This document shows positions 44,671 to 61,200 of a stretch of 64,000 nt of DNA, piece by piece. Position numbers and translations under genes: made by a program. This DNA comes from Camelus dromedarius (Eukaryota). The notes below the pieces were generated by a model that saw only the letters and a program-made list of their open reading frames with translations, did no database searches and was not told the origin of the DNA. Every line of letters begins with the position of its first letter. Within the stretch, counting starts at the first letter, position 1. The stretch lies in assembly GCF_036321535.1 (NCBI RefSeq), contig NC_087447.1, positions 46,998,001 to 47,062,000 of the forward strand, in the 5' to 3' direction.

Positions 44671-45808
44671 GTGCCCTAAGGAGGGAAGGGTGACAGGGCA
44701 CTGGGGAGACTTGGTGGGTTGGCGCATAGGGGAGGGGCACAGCTTTCTTTAGAAAGCTCACTCTGGCTCCTGTGGGGAAGGTGACTTGAAGGGGAAGAAA
44801 TTGGAAGAGGGAAGACCTTACCCCAAACACCAAGTCAAAGGAAGTAAACTCCAGAAAGGTTTTAAGGGGTACCCTTGCCAGGGCTTGGTAATCAACTGCA
44901 TGTGGGGATGGTGAGGGAGAAGAAATCACCATTATAAGCTCTTATGTACCTCAGTGACGGAGCCTAAAGGAACAGGTCTGTAATGGGTGGCTGGAAGGTG
45001 AGGGCAGTCATGAACAGAGAAGGGGACCGTCACTTTTGCCAGGGGGCCTCCGACAACTCTAAGTGCTTGTCAGATTAGCAGCTCCAATGTGGGGGACTTT
45101 TATGTTGTCTCTCAGGTCCTAGGGTCCTACATTTGTTTTTTAAAGCATTAGGTAGGGACCTGGTGCATTTGCCCAGAAAGAGCTGAGGAGGCCAGCATCA
45201 CGATGCAGGGCAAGAGGAAACAAACAACTTTCAGAGAACAGGGAAGGAAAAAGCCTGAGAAAGCAAAGCTGTTTAAAAACCACCCTTGTCATTTCTGGAT
45301 CATTTAGCCAAACACCATCCTGTGTGTTACCTCACCTGATCCTCATGCTGATCCGGGGGAGTCAGCAGAGCTAGGTCACTGCCACCCCCAGGTTAACAGT
45401 GTTTCAGAGCTGGCACGGGAAACTGGGTGACCCAGGGTGTAAAGGCAGAGCACTTGCTGGACACAGGATGAGGGTGCTGTGTCCCTGGCCCTTTTCATAC
45501 TTAACTACTTTTCTTAGATCAAGTCCAGAGAGAAGGTGAGGGCATAAGGCCTCTCCTCCCACTTGGGAAGATTTCTCCAGGGCCCAACCCCTGTTCCCAG
45601 ATTCCCTTCTGAGCCCTCCAAGCCTGGGCTGAGGGAGCCCCTCGTTCTCCCAATCTTCTCTACTTCAGCCTCAAGGAGCCTCAGGACCCCAGCACTGAAG
45701 GAACAGGGTCTGATCCCCTCCTTCACTATGGAGTCGGGGAGACCGAGGCAGGAAGTGAAGGGGGCACTCTGCATGGGGCTTTCTCCCCTCAGGCCTTGGT
45801 CTCCCTAA

Positions 45809-48802
<2,994 letters not shown>

Positions 48803-50229
48803 CTGAGTCCAGCCCTCCCCAGATGGTCCCCTCTGCCTGTCCCCAGCTTTGCTGGCCAGGCTGGGCTCAGCTCTGCTTCCACAAATGAGGGAGCCATAAG
48901 TATGCCTTCATCCATTTACCCATCCCCCTGTCATCCAGTTCCTGCTCCATGGTGGGGCTTGGGGTTTCTGTGACAGCCAGTTCTAATAAATAAGTCAACA
49001 CATTCGTATCTGATGAATTACTTTAGTTGTGAGTTTGTGGACCGAAGAGGACAGATTCCATAGCCTTTGGATTCCTTCAGATTAGAGAATTGAGACCTGG
49101 GTTTGAATCTCAGCTCTGCTACTCACTATGTTAAAGTGAAACAGTTGCTTAACTGCTTTAGAGGAAACCTTGATTTCCTCCTCAGTAAAATGGAGATCAT
49201 AATCCTTGTGAAATATTGCCTAGAAAGCATGTGAGCCCAGTGCCTGCACATTAATAGTCATTAGGGATCCTGTTGCTCTTGTAGCCTGAAATGAGAGCCA
49301 AGTCCAGGACTTCATTATTTATATTGGGTCCCAAATACCCCTCCTTTCCCTCAGGCCTTGTCTGCCTGGCTCTGTGCTCAGCTCTGCCGCTATGGGAAAG
49401 CTGGGCATGGGAATCCAGGCGGGTGAAAACAAATTCACACGATGTGGACTGAAGGGGCAGAGTTGGGGATTGGGAGCCTCAGAGGAGGAAGAGAGCCTAA
49501 TGAGGAGCGCAGTCTGTGAGGTCCCTGGGGAGGAAATGTTTTAGAGCCTTGCACCGGTTCACCCCGATGTGTCCTGGAGGCGGGGCTGGAAGAGGAGTGG
49601 AAAACTCTCAGGGGCTTCCCAGAGGCAGGAGCTTCTTCTCCAACACCTTTGTCCCCTCCTGGAGGGGTGCTCTGTCGCTGCACAACCCCCAGGAACCGGG
49701 CCTGAGTTTATCTCTAGGCCTCCCGCTTCCCCTTCTCCCTTGGGGAGGTCTTTTTCTCCACATCCCAACCACAGTTCTCCTCAGAGAGGCGCAGATACCT
49801 GTGTGAAAACGGCAGGCAGGTAGGTGGGTGTTCAAGCTAGGACGAGAACCCAGGGGTGAAGACTCGGAATCCAGGTCTCTCGCGCTGCACCAGAGTGCTT
49901 CCCTCATACCAGAGATGACTGAGGGGCAAGTCCGGCACAGTTTGGAGGGCGAGTTATTGGGTTCCTGGAGGGGTCTTGAGACACTGTTGAGCGTGTGCGC
50001 GGCTCTCAGTCATTATACTTATCCAGTCTGGAAGGCCCCACGGAGCCCCCTCCCCGTCCCAGGCTTTGCTCCAGCTGAGGGAAACCAATGCGCATTTGAA
50101 ACAGAGGAAGGAGCTCTTCGGTACCGACCCAGACACAGGTTCTACTCAGCAAAGTGAAAGTTCTCTCCCAGGTTAAAGGGGATCCTCCCACAGCGGCCTA
50201 AGTGTTGGCAGCCTTGAGACTCTGTGTGG

Positions 50230-52250
50230 AGACCTGCGCCTTTAAGGAGCCAGGGGGCGGAGGGCGGGGCAGGAAGCGGACTCCCCGGAGACGCAGCCAC
50301 CGGCTAGGTCTTTTTTTTTGGGAAGAGGCGGGCCAGACCCTCCTAAGGGCACCGCCCCCTACCCCTCGGCCTGGGGGCCCTCCGGTTCTTAACTCTAGGG
50401 GAAGGGGCCTGAGGCTTCTAAGCGTGCCGGATCTACGGAGCTCCGGGCTCCGCGTCCCGCCCAAAAAAGCTCAAGTTTGTTGACTTGTAGGGAGTAGCTG
50501 GGGCGGAGGCGGGTGCTAATAATACCCACTCGTTCCGCCGCCGCGCTTTACAGTTTACACAGCTGTCACCTTCGTTACTCCTTAATTAATAATAAAAATA
50601 GCCGCCGTTCGGGAGCGCCCACTGGATGCCAGGCCCCGTGCCGAGAGCTTTATAAGCACAGTCCCATTAAGTCTGCCCTCATAACGTTATCCCCATCTTA
50701 CAGAGCAGGAAGGCGAGGCTGGGAGAGGGACCGTGACTTGCCCGAGGTCACTCGGCCGGTCAGCGGTGCCGGGATCCAAGTGCCCGGCCGCGCGAGGCGG
50801 GGCGCGGGTGCTACCCCCGGCTCTGCAGAGAGCCGCGGGGGCGGAGCGGCGGGCGGGGCGGAAGGCGAGGGGGGTGCGGCAGTGGAGGATGGCCATCTTA
50901 AGTGGCCGCTGAGGAGCCCAGGGCCGCTTCCAGGGGGAAGGGGACATCGGAGCAGCCCGGGAGGTGGGGGTCTGCGCGCGGTAGCCGCGGTTCTGAGGAG
51001 AGGTCGGGAGCGCAGGGGATTGAGGAAACTTTCTTCTAGATGAGCAAGGGGAGGCCTGGTCTCGGACTGCTGAACCCCTCAACGCCGGGGCCTTCGTGTA
51101 TGGGGGATGGTGCCAGGGAACTTGGCCGAGAAGGGGGAAGGGCTCTGCTCCGGCTGAGAGGGGCTGCCAGGGACGGTGCATGGGGATTCGAGGACACTGG
51201 ACCTCGTCTAGGGGCTTGCAGGGGATTCCCTCGCGGGACTTGGACCCAGTGGAGTTTGGGGGTTCAGGTCTAAGAGGAGGCTGGATTTTAAGGGAATTGA
51301 GGGTGATGGGGAGAGACAGAAGGAGGGTCATGGTATCTTTCGCGGATTTTGGTAACTCGATATTACGAGTCTGTTGGGGAGCCGAATGGACAGGACTTTG
51401 GGTGGAACCAGACGTTTGTGGGAGTTTGAGGGACATATTGCGAGTATTAGGGGAAGGGATTCGGGATCCCGAAGTGTCGGGGCGCAGGATGGGGGGAACT
51501 TTGGCTTCGAAGGGGGAGTTTAGGGGCTGGATCTCCGGGTGGTGATGGCGGAGCAGGATCATTGTGGGGTTTGGGAGGCTGGCTACCCCTGGGGTTTGGG
51601 GGGGGGTGTCTCAGGTCCTGCAGGAATGCTGAGGATAACTTCCCCGCGGGGAAGAGGGTGGGGGCAGGGGCGGGACGGGCTGTGGGCCGAGTGGTGGGGG
51701 TGGGGGCCGGCCGCCCGGCACTGCGCTCCGCTCCTGCCCCTCCCCCGTCCCCTCTGAACAAACTTTTCTTTCTCTTCAAGTTGAGGCCGGCGCTGCTGGC
51801 GGCGGCGGCGGCTGCGCGGCAAACCAGGCAGCAAGCGCGGCGGAGCGCGGAGTCCCGATCCCCGGCTCGGTCCCTCCCGCGGATCCTCAGGTCCGGGACC
51901 CGACCTCGGGACCCGGGGCCGGCCCCAGCCTCAGCCCCAAGCGTCCCGGGGCGGATGGCTCACGGCGGTGGGCGCGGGCGGCTCTGAGCCCGCGCGAGCC
52001 ATGGCCTCGGCGTGCGGAGCGCCGGGCCCGGGGGGTGCCGGGCCGGGGGCTGCTCTGGGCAGCCCAGCCCCCGCCTGGTACCACCGCGACTTGAGCCGCG
52101 CAGCCGCCGAGGAGCTGCTGGCCCGGGCAGGCCGCGATGGCAGCTTCCTGGTCCGAGATAGCGAGAGCGTGGCGGGAGCCTTCGCGCTCTGCGTCCTGTG
52201 AGTGGGGCTGGGAATCCCGGTGGGCGGGGGCAGGGCCCGGGCTTCCTTGA
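50230..52250. promoter_or_regulatory. INPPL1: CpG island / INPPL1 promoter region
   Basis: Dense CpG and several GC boxes (GGGCGG at ~50261, 50501, 50851-50860, 51667), spanning the first coding exon. Confidence 0.8.
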
Positions 52251-55200
52251 GTGTGTGGGGAGGGCCTAGGACAGTGGGACGCCAGCGCCCCCCAGAGTGG
52301 GGGCTTTGGCTTTCTGCTGGGCTTGAGGAAGGATGCTGGGAGCAAAGGGCTTCTTCCTTCCTGCTTCGTGTCTGGGGCCACTTTCTGGAGCATTGTGGGC
52401 AGAATGTGTGGGGTCCTGCTGCCCAGGGTGGCTGTAATTGGGGAAAATGCAGGGAGTCTCTGGCAGGCCCCCTGAGGCACCCTCCCGGCAGGGGTGAGGA
52501 TGTGCATTCCACGATTATGTGCACTTCTGTTCATACACGGATTGGGTGTCTGAGTAGGAGTTGGGGCCAGAGGAACTGGTGGGGTGTGTGGGGGTGCTCA
52601 GCGGCTTCCTTGGGGGGCCTTTCTGTGCCCCCAGGACTGAGGTTGGGGTCTGCCTGTCTGTGTATGGCTGGGGCAGGGTGGTGTTGAGAAGAAGGCGGGT
52701 GAGACTCAATGGGGCCATGTCATTTCATGAATCAGTGAGTGAGTGAGCGTGTGCCCGGGCTCTGCGATCCCACTGCCCTAGTCCTGAGCTATGGGTGCTG
52801 AGCACGGGGTGGGACTTGGCAGCTCTCTGAGTGGGCCTGGTCTTGTGCTTGTACCCATCAGCCGGATGTGGCAGTGGTATTGGGTGAGTGTGCACTTTCA
52901 GTTTTGGAGTCTTCTCCCTGAGCTACCCCCCTAGCCCTGAGATCTGATACTAGGTGGGCTCCTGTACGCCTCTGGAGTGGGAGGTAGTGAGTGGGGAGGT
53001 GTGGGTCTACTTTCTTTAGATACAGTTATGTTCCTCCTTAGCCCTGGAAGGCCTCCGGAACCCCTATTCCTATGTCTGTTCCCTCTATTCTCCTCACATC
53101 TTTGGGAATACACCATCCTAGGCCAGTGGTTCCCAGTTGGGATTGATTTTACCACTCAGGGGACATTTGGCAGTGTCTGGAGACATTTTTCGTTGTTACA
53201 TCTGGGATTGTGCTCTTGGCTTCTAGTGGGTAGAAGCCAGGGATGCTGCTAAACATCCTACAATGCACAGGACAGTCCTGAGAATGAAGAATTATGTGGT
53301 CCAAAATGTCAGTGGTGCTCAGGTTGAGAAACCCTGGCCTAGGCAGTGGACCTGAAGAGGAAGGGGTCCCCTAAGTCTCAGCTTCTGTCCCAAGTCTGAC
53401 GAGGGACAGCCTGGGCAGATGGATATCCTAGAGTCCTGCGTCTCAGCCCCCTCTGAGGCGTACCCCCTAATTAGGGAGGGGAGGGAGGCAGGTGTTGGGT
53501 CAGCTGTTGAGTGGGAGGGGGACAGCTGGGCCTGTGTCTGGATGAGCAACATTATTGTCTCAGGAGGGAAAAATCCTGGCTCCATTGCCAGGGGAGGGGA
53601 TAGATGGGGTGAGGGTCTATCTGGGTGTGGAGGCTTCAGCTTTACCAGCTGATTCTGGCTGCTTCCTGCATCTTAGGAGCCTGAGGGTGGGTGATCAAAA
53701 CTTACTTGCTTACCTGTGTATGACACCAAATGCACAGGGAAACATTGAGGACATATCCCTGCCCAACAGGTGAAGGCAATTCAATCAGCAGACTGGGATA
53801 CAGGCCCTGGCTTCTGTCCTGACTTAAATCCCAGCTCTGCCTTTTACTTGCTCTGTGACCTTAGGCAAATCGCTTTTCTTCTTTGAGCCTCAGTTTCCTC
53901 TTCTGGAGAATAGGGATAAAAATATCTGCCTTAAAATGTGAAGATTAAATGAGATCATGCCTGTAGGATGCTGAGTACGTAGCCTGTCACTGAGACAGGG
54001 CTCAGTTAATGGGATGCTACTACTGTTAAAAACAGACCCACAGTCCACAAATCAGGACATCCAGTCACACAGCCTATGCCCAGTCAGTGACCTGGAGAGA
54101 GTCCCTGAAGGGGGCTTACCTGAGGGGAGAGGATGGCCCTGTGGCTGAGGTGTAGTCTCCTCAAATAAGCATTTGGTCCTCTTTGGTGCCAATACCCATC
54201 TCCTGCCCAGCACACACAGGCCCAGGTGGTGCCCTTGGGCAAGCCTGCCCTGAGGTGTGACTGCAGAGGGATCCTCCACCCACACTGAGTGCAGCCTGTA
54301 CCATCCAGGCCAGGCTCAGCTGTCACCTGCTCAGCTGTTGCTGCCATCTGTCAGCACCCCTCTTGCCCCTCAGCTTGGGGCTCCCAGAGGCCCAGGTCTC
54401 CCATAGGAGGCCCCCTTGGATTGTCCCAATTTCCTGGTGCCTGGGGTGGGGGGGAAGCCCTAGGATGATATCTCTACACCCCCCAGCAAAACTGCCCCAG
54501 ACAAACCCAACTCCAGCAGAGTCAGACACCAACGTAAACACAGGCAGCAGGCACACACGTGTTAGCACATCACCATGTATGCAGACAGGGTTTACCCAGG
54601 CTGCTGAGGACTCTTACTCTGGCAGGGGGCCCAGACTGGTACCACAGCCCAGAGGGGCTGTTTAGACAGCTGTGGAGGCCACAAAAGAGCTGCCTGTTGC
54701 TTCCCAGGGCCTGCAGTGGGTGTGGAGCCTATGCAGGTCTGGGTTGGGGGAGCAAAGGTTGGTCATTCCTGCTCTGTTGGCACTAGCAGGCTAGAGTGGA
54801 CTGGCCCCAGCATTAACCCTATATAGCCTGGGCAAATGGTTCTAGGGAAACCAAGCTGAGGCCAGGGGGCTAAGCCTTTGGCAGGAGGAAGGGGTACCTT
54901 AGGGCTTAGACCCCAGCCTGGGGGTGGCAGATTCTGACTTTCCACCTTACTGTCAGGTATCAGAAGCATGTGCACACATATCGAATTCTACCTGATGGAG
55001 AAGATTTCCTGGCCGTGCAGGTAGGAGCTTGGACCCTGACTCCTGACCTTAATTCCAGCCTAAGGTTTGGGACCTGCCGGCTGACTCTTCTTCCACTCTG
55101 GCTGGCCCACAGACCTCACAGGGTGTGCCTGTGCGCCGCTTCCAGACCCTGGGGGAGCTCATCGGCCTGTACGCCCAGCCCAACCAGGGCCTGGTGTGCG

Positions 55201-58200
55201 CCCTGCTGCTGCCTGTGGAGCGGGAGCGAGAGCCAGACCTGCCAGATGACCGAGATGCCTCAGGTGCTGCCTGGGGTGCAGTATGCAAATGCCTTCCCTG
55301 CCCCCATCCCCAGACTTTACTTGCTTCTTCCCACCCCATCTTCTCAACCTGCCTCCCCTGAAGCCCCCTGCCACTAACCATGGTGCCAGGGCCCTTTACC
55401 CCCTTTCCATGGATGTTTCTGACAGCCATGGTGTCCCCCCATACTTCACTGAGGGTAGGAGGCTCACACAGCTGCCCACTGGCCCCTGTCCACAGATGGG
55501 GAGGATGAGAAGCCCCCACTGCCCCCACGCTCTGGCTCTACCAGCATTTCTGCCCCTCTGGGGCCCAGCAGCCCCCTGCCAGCCCCTGAGACGCCCACAA
55601 CTCCAGCTGCTGAGAGGTGAGACCCCAATGCCTTCTGGTGCAGGAAGTCCCTTTCTCCTCTGAAAACTGTGTCCTCACCAAAGGTGGGGAGACTTTTAAG
55701 CCCCCAGCCCACTCCCAGGGACCCCCATCCCATCTCAGCCCTGGAGGCAGACACCCTAGTCTGTTGTACATCTCCTCTAGGGATGGGGTGGGGGTGCTGG
55801 GATAGGGTCAGCAGGGCCTCCACTGACTTCTTAACCCCTCCCTGAAGTGCTCCCAATGGGCTGAGCACAGTCTCGCACGAGTACCTGAAGGGTAGCTATG
55901 GGCTGGACCTGGAGGCTGTGCGGGGCGGAGCCAGCAACTTGCCCCACCTTACTCGCACCCTCGCCACCTCATGCCGGAGGCTGCACAGGTATCTGGGACA
56001 ACCAACACCATGCACTGCGCCCTTACCTCTGACCTGTCCTCTTCCCTCCCTTGCTACACAAACACCCTGACCTTTGACTTCTGGCCCTGAACGGGGAACC
56101 CGCTGTTGCCTCCTGACTTTCCCTTGCCTGAACCCTTGTATCCTCATGGTGGCAACTGAAACTGCACACTCAACCCCCCTTCCCTGTACTTGGGTTGGGG
56201 CGGGAGTTCTGACCTGATATCTCCCCTAGTGAGGTAGACAAGGTCTTGTCTGGCCTGGAGATCCTGTCCAAGGTGTTTGACCAGCAGAGCTCACCCATGG
56301 TGACCCGCCTTTTGCAGCAGCAGGTGGGATTGTGGGGAGACCTCTAGGGAGTGGGTTCATGTTCTGGGGCTGGGTGGGGGGCCTCCTGCTTGGTGGCCTC
56401 ACAGATAAGCCTCATTCTTTCTCTCTGCAGAATCCACCACAGACTGGGGAGCAGGAACTAGAGAGCCTGGTGCTGAAGCTGTCAGTGCTAAAGGACTTCC
56501 TGTCAGGCATCCAGAAGAAGGTGCCCTGACTCCTGACCTCTGACTCCTGACTCACCACCCGTCCCTGGCCACTTGCATTGCCTAACTAATCTGAACCCTG
56601 AATCTACAGTTCAGCACTGACCCCCACATCAGCCATGCCCCTCCCTGACCCAGCTCTCAGCATGGTCCCTGACCTTGCCCTGCCCTTGCCCTCTCCAGGC
56701 CCTGAAGGCCCTACAGGACATGAGTTCCACAGCACCCCCAGCCCCACTGCAGCCATCCACACGTAAGGCCAAGGCCATCCCTGTGCAGGCCTTTGAGGTA
56801 CATGGCGGGGGTGAGGGGGTGCTTTGCGAGGCAAAGGGCAATTGGAGGTGAAGAGGGTGCTGCCTGCTTCCGGGTATTTTTATCAGTCTCCTTACCTCCT
56901 GGCCTGCAGGTGAAGCTGGATGTGACCCTGGGTGACCTGACCAAGATCGGAAAGTCACAGAAGTTCACACTGAGTGTGGATGTGGAGGGTGGGCGGCTGG
57001 TGCTGCTGCGGAGACAGAGGGACTCGCAGGAGGACTGGACAACCTTCACGCATGACCGCAGTGAGCCAGGGCCTAACCTGGGCGGGGTGGTTCAGGGTGG
57101 CCCCAGGCCTCCGAGCACAGGCTGGTGTGACCCATCCTCCATCCTCTAGTCCGCCAGCTCATTAAGTCCCAGCGGGTGCAGAACAAGCTGGGTGTGGTAT
57201 TTGAAAAGGAGAAGGACCGGACGCAGCGCAAGGACTTCATCTTTGTCAGCGCCCGGGTGAGCGGCGGGGTGGTCCAGGACGCCGGGGCTGCAGGGGTCCC
57301 TGCTGGATGGGAAGAGAGGGAACACATGATATAGGCGTGTCATCCCTCATGTCGGGGCGGGTCTGACGGGGCAGAGAGTATGTGTATTGAGAGTGACATG
57401 AGGGTAGATTCAGATGTTCGTTCAATGAATGTTTACTGTTGTGGACTTGAGGAGTGGGTGTAGGGTGGTGAGCCAGACAGGCACATCCCTCCCTTCATGG
57501 GACCTGCAACCTAGCAGGGTATCCTCATAGAAAGGGGTTCCTGGCCACCCACCTGCCCCTGACTGGCCATTGTTCCCCCAGAAGCGGGAGGCCTTTTGCC
57601 AGCTGCTGCAGCTCATGAAGAATAAGCACTCCAAGCAGGACGAGCCCGACATGATCTCTGTCTTCATTGGCACCTGGAACATGGGTCAGGCCCGGGCAGG
57701 GGCTGGGGCGGGAGAGAGGCAGGGCCCCATGCAGGGGCCTGACTGCCCCCGTCACCTCCACCTCCAGGAAGTGTGCCGCCTCCGAAAAATGTGACGTCTT
57801 GGTTCACATCGAAGGGTCTGGGGAAGACCTTGGATGAGGTCACGGTGACCATACCCCATGACATCTATGTTTTTGGGACTCAGGAGAACTCGGTGGGTGA
57901 CCGAGAGTGGCTGGACCTGCTCCGCGGGGGCCTCAAGGAGCTCACAGATCTGGATTACCGCCCGGTGAGGGGCATCCTCTTGTCCAGCCCCTCTCCTCTA
58001 TCACACACCGCCCCCGGCTATCCTGCCTGACCTCAGAGGAGCCCCTGGGGAGCACAGCTTGACTGGCTGTCCCTCTGGTCCCTGGGCATGTCCTTTAGGA
58101 GGTCTAACTGAGTCCTTCATTCTGTTGGAAGGCCTCTTTCCCTCTGGCCCCTCAGGAGGAAAAAAGGTGGCAGGCCTTCCTTCCTATCCTGTGACTTCCA

Positions 58201-61200
58201 GAACAGTCTATAGTGTGGGCAGGGTGGGAGGGAATCGGACAGTGGCCTGGCCTGGGGCAGGGGTGACCCTGCACTCTCTCTCCAGATTGCCATGCAGTCA
58301 CTGTGGAACATCAAGGTGGCTGTGCTGGTCAAGCCAGAACATGAGAACCGCATCAGCCACGTCAGTACGTCCAGCGTGAAGACTGGCATTGCCAACACCC
58401 TGGGTGAGTGGGGAGGGCGGGGTCCCTCTGTCCATGCTTCCTGTTTCCTCTCCAGCCCTGGGTCTAGGGTCTCCCCCTTTTGGGTAGTCTCAGGTTTCCC
58501 ATCTCTAAACTCTTTGAACTTTGCAAAGCATATTCATATTCTAAATCTCTTCCAGCCCCACTAGGAAGGTAGGGCCAGGATAGTTACTTCCATTTCATGG
58601 ATGATAAAACTCAAGCCCAGAGTGGCCAAGTGACCTGTCCAAGGTCACACAGCTAGTATTTGGTGGAGCCCAGCACCCAGCATAGTGCCCTGGTCTCCTG
58701 GTTTGCAGCCCAGTGCTCTTCCAGGACAGATTCTGCCCAGAACCTGTAGGTCCTTCCACCTTCACTCTTGGGATCCCCTGTGATCTCCAGGGCCTCTGCT
58801 CACACATGCAGACAGACTCAGGCCATCCAGTTGGGCTGTGTGTGCCCCATGTGGACCCCCAGGGTAGGTGGGGGTGTGTGTGCAGGGGCCTGCCTGCCTC
58901 ATGGCATGTGGGAGGGTCAGGACAATCTTCCCGCTGCTGCTTCGAGGGGCAGAGGGGAGAGTGGGGAGCACACCGAGGGTGACTCAAGCCTTCTATTGCC
59001 CTGACAGGAAACAAGGGAGCTGTGGGCGTTTCCTTCATGTTTAATGGAACCTCGTTTGGCTTTGTGAATTGCCACCTCACCTCGGGAAATGAGAAGACTG
59101 CCCGGTGAGGGGGTGCCTTCCCAACTGTCTCTTTAGCCTCATCCTATATTCACCTGAGACCTATTCCATCTTCCATATTCTAGTCTTTGACCCTCCTTCA
59201 TCCCTGTTCCCAGAGACCTCTTCTTCCTTACCTCAATTTAAGATCCCTCTGTCTTTCCCTGACCTTGACCTTGTCCCCAGCTCCTCCCTCTGTCCCCAGG
59301 GACCCTGATCCCTGACCCATCTCTGACCTCAGAGACTTCTTACCTTTACACCTCTCCCTGACTCCTGGCCCTTGGGGCCTCCCCCTGTAGGCGGAACCAG
59401 AACTACCTGGACATCCTGCGGCTGCTCTCGCTGGGCGACCGGCAGCTCAGTGCCTTTGACATCTCTCTGCGTTTCACTCACCTCTTCTGGTTCGGGGACC
59501 TCAACTACCGCCTAGACATGGATATCCAGGTGCAAAGAGGGCCAGCAGGTGGCTGGTAGGGAGGCTGGGCTGGGAGCCAGATGGGCTGTCACCTCTGGCT
59601 CTGGCTCAAGAGGGAAAGTCTTCAGCCTTTGTGTCCTCACCCCAGGAGATCCTGAACTACATCAGCAGAAAGGAGTTTGAGCCCCTGCTCAGGGTGGACC
59701 AGCTCAATTTGGAGCGGGAAAAGCACAAGGTCTTTCTCCGATTCAGTGAGTGTGGGCCCAGCAGGGGGTCCTGAGGGCCAGGGTCCTTGTGGTATCCCTG
59801 GCCCTTCAGGCCCCTGAACCCTCATCCCCCGCCTTTCCTAGGTGAGGAGGAGATCTCCTTCCCGCCCACCTACCGCTACGAGCGGGGTTCCCGAGACACG
59901 TATGCCTGGCACAAGCAGAAACCAACTGGGGTGAGTGAGGAGAATGGGTTGAGCCTTGGGAGACCCCCAGGGCTACAGTGAGTCAAGAGTGCATGTGGGC
60001 TCAAGGGTCTGAGCCTCTGCAATTACCACTCCAGCTTCTATGGCCCCCTGAGGCCTTGGGGGTGATCCTGGGTGTAGTGAGGATCCAAGGAGGGAGGTGG
60101 GCACTGGGGGCCAGTGAGGTGGCAGCATGGGCTTCATCTGAGCAGCCCCCAGCTGTTGGCCTCACCACTCTGCCATCCCCTGCCCCAGGTCCGGACCAAC
60201 GTGCCTTCCTGGTGTGACCGGATTCTCTGGAAATCCTACCCTGAGACTCACATCATCTGCAATTCCTATGGTCAGAGCCTTCTGGACAGGGTTATGGGTG
60301 ATCCTGGGTAGTTACTGTCCCAACTCCACCTTGGAAGTGGGAGCAGAGAGTAAAGAGCTTTCCCCTGAGCCCCCATTCCCATCCCTCTTTCCAGGTTGCA
60401 CGGATGACATTGTCACCAGTGACCACTCCCCCGTGTTTGGGACATTTGAAGTTGGAGTTACCTCTCAGTTCATCTCCAAGAAAGGTGACAGTTCTGGATG
60501 TGCTCATGGGTGTGGCATCCACCCGGGTGGGTGCAAGTGCCTGGGGATGTGCATAGGTTTGAATATATCTCAGTGTGTCTGTGTTTGGGTGTGTACCTGT
60601 ATGTGTAGGAATGTTTCTGACTATGTGATGTGAGGGTGTCCGTGTGCCTGGGTCATTGTGGGAGGTACATGCCCATGTGCGTGGGTATGTATGTGTGAGT
60701 GTCAACGTGTATGTGTGTCTGTATCTGCCTGGGGCCCCTTGTGTACCTGAATGTGCCTGGTGGTGTGGTGGGTTGTTGGAGGGCTTCCCTGCAGGCACTC
60801 TAGTCCCCAGCCCCTCTTCGATGGTCTCTCATCCTTGGGTTTGAGGTCTCCCTGTTGGTTGCTTGGGATCAGGATGCCCCCTCCTGGCCTTCCCTACTAT
60901 TCTGCCAGGGCTCCTGATTTCCCATCCCAGGGCTCAGTCTCTCTGTCCTGTTCCTTCTGCCAGCCTCTCAGCCCTCCTGTCTGCCTTCCTCCCTTTGCTC
61001 CTCAGGGCTTTCAAAAACCTCAGACCAGGCCTACATCGAGTTTGAGAGCATCGAGGCCATTGTGAAGACAGCCAGCCGCACCAAATTCTTCATCGAGTTC
61101 TACTCCACCTGCCTGGAGGGTCAGAATTGGGGCCCAGGGCCGGGTGTGGGCCACTGGGGATGGGAAGCCAGAGGTGCCCAGAGTGGTCAGCCCCCTAGTT

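Noticed and set aside
50687..51562. 291-aa minus-strand ORF and other long ORFs across the CpG island (e.g. 51887-52534, 51931-52524)
   Set aside because: Low-complexity P/R/G/S translations expected from stop-poor GC-rich DNA. No recognisable domain; overlapping in several frames.
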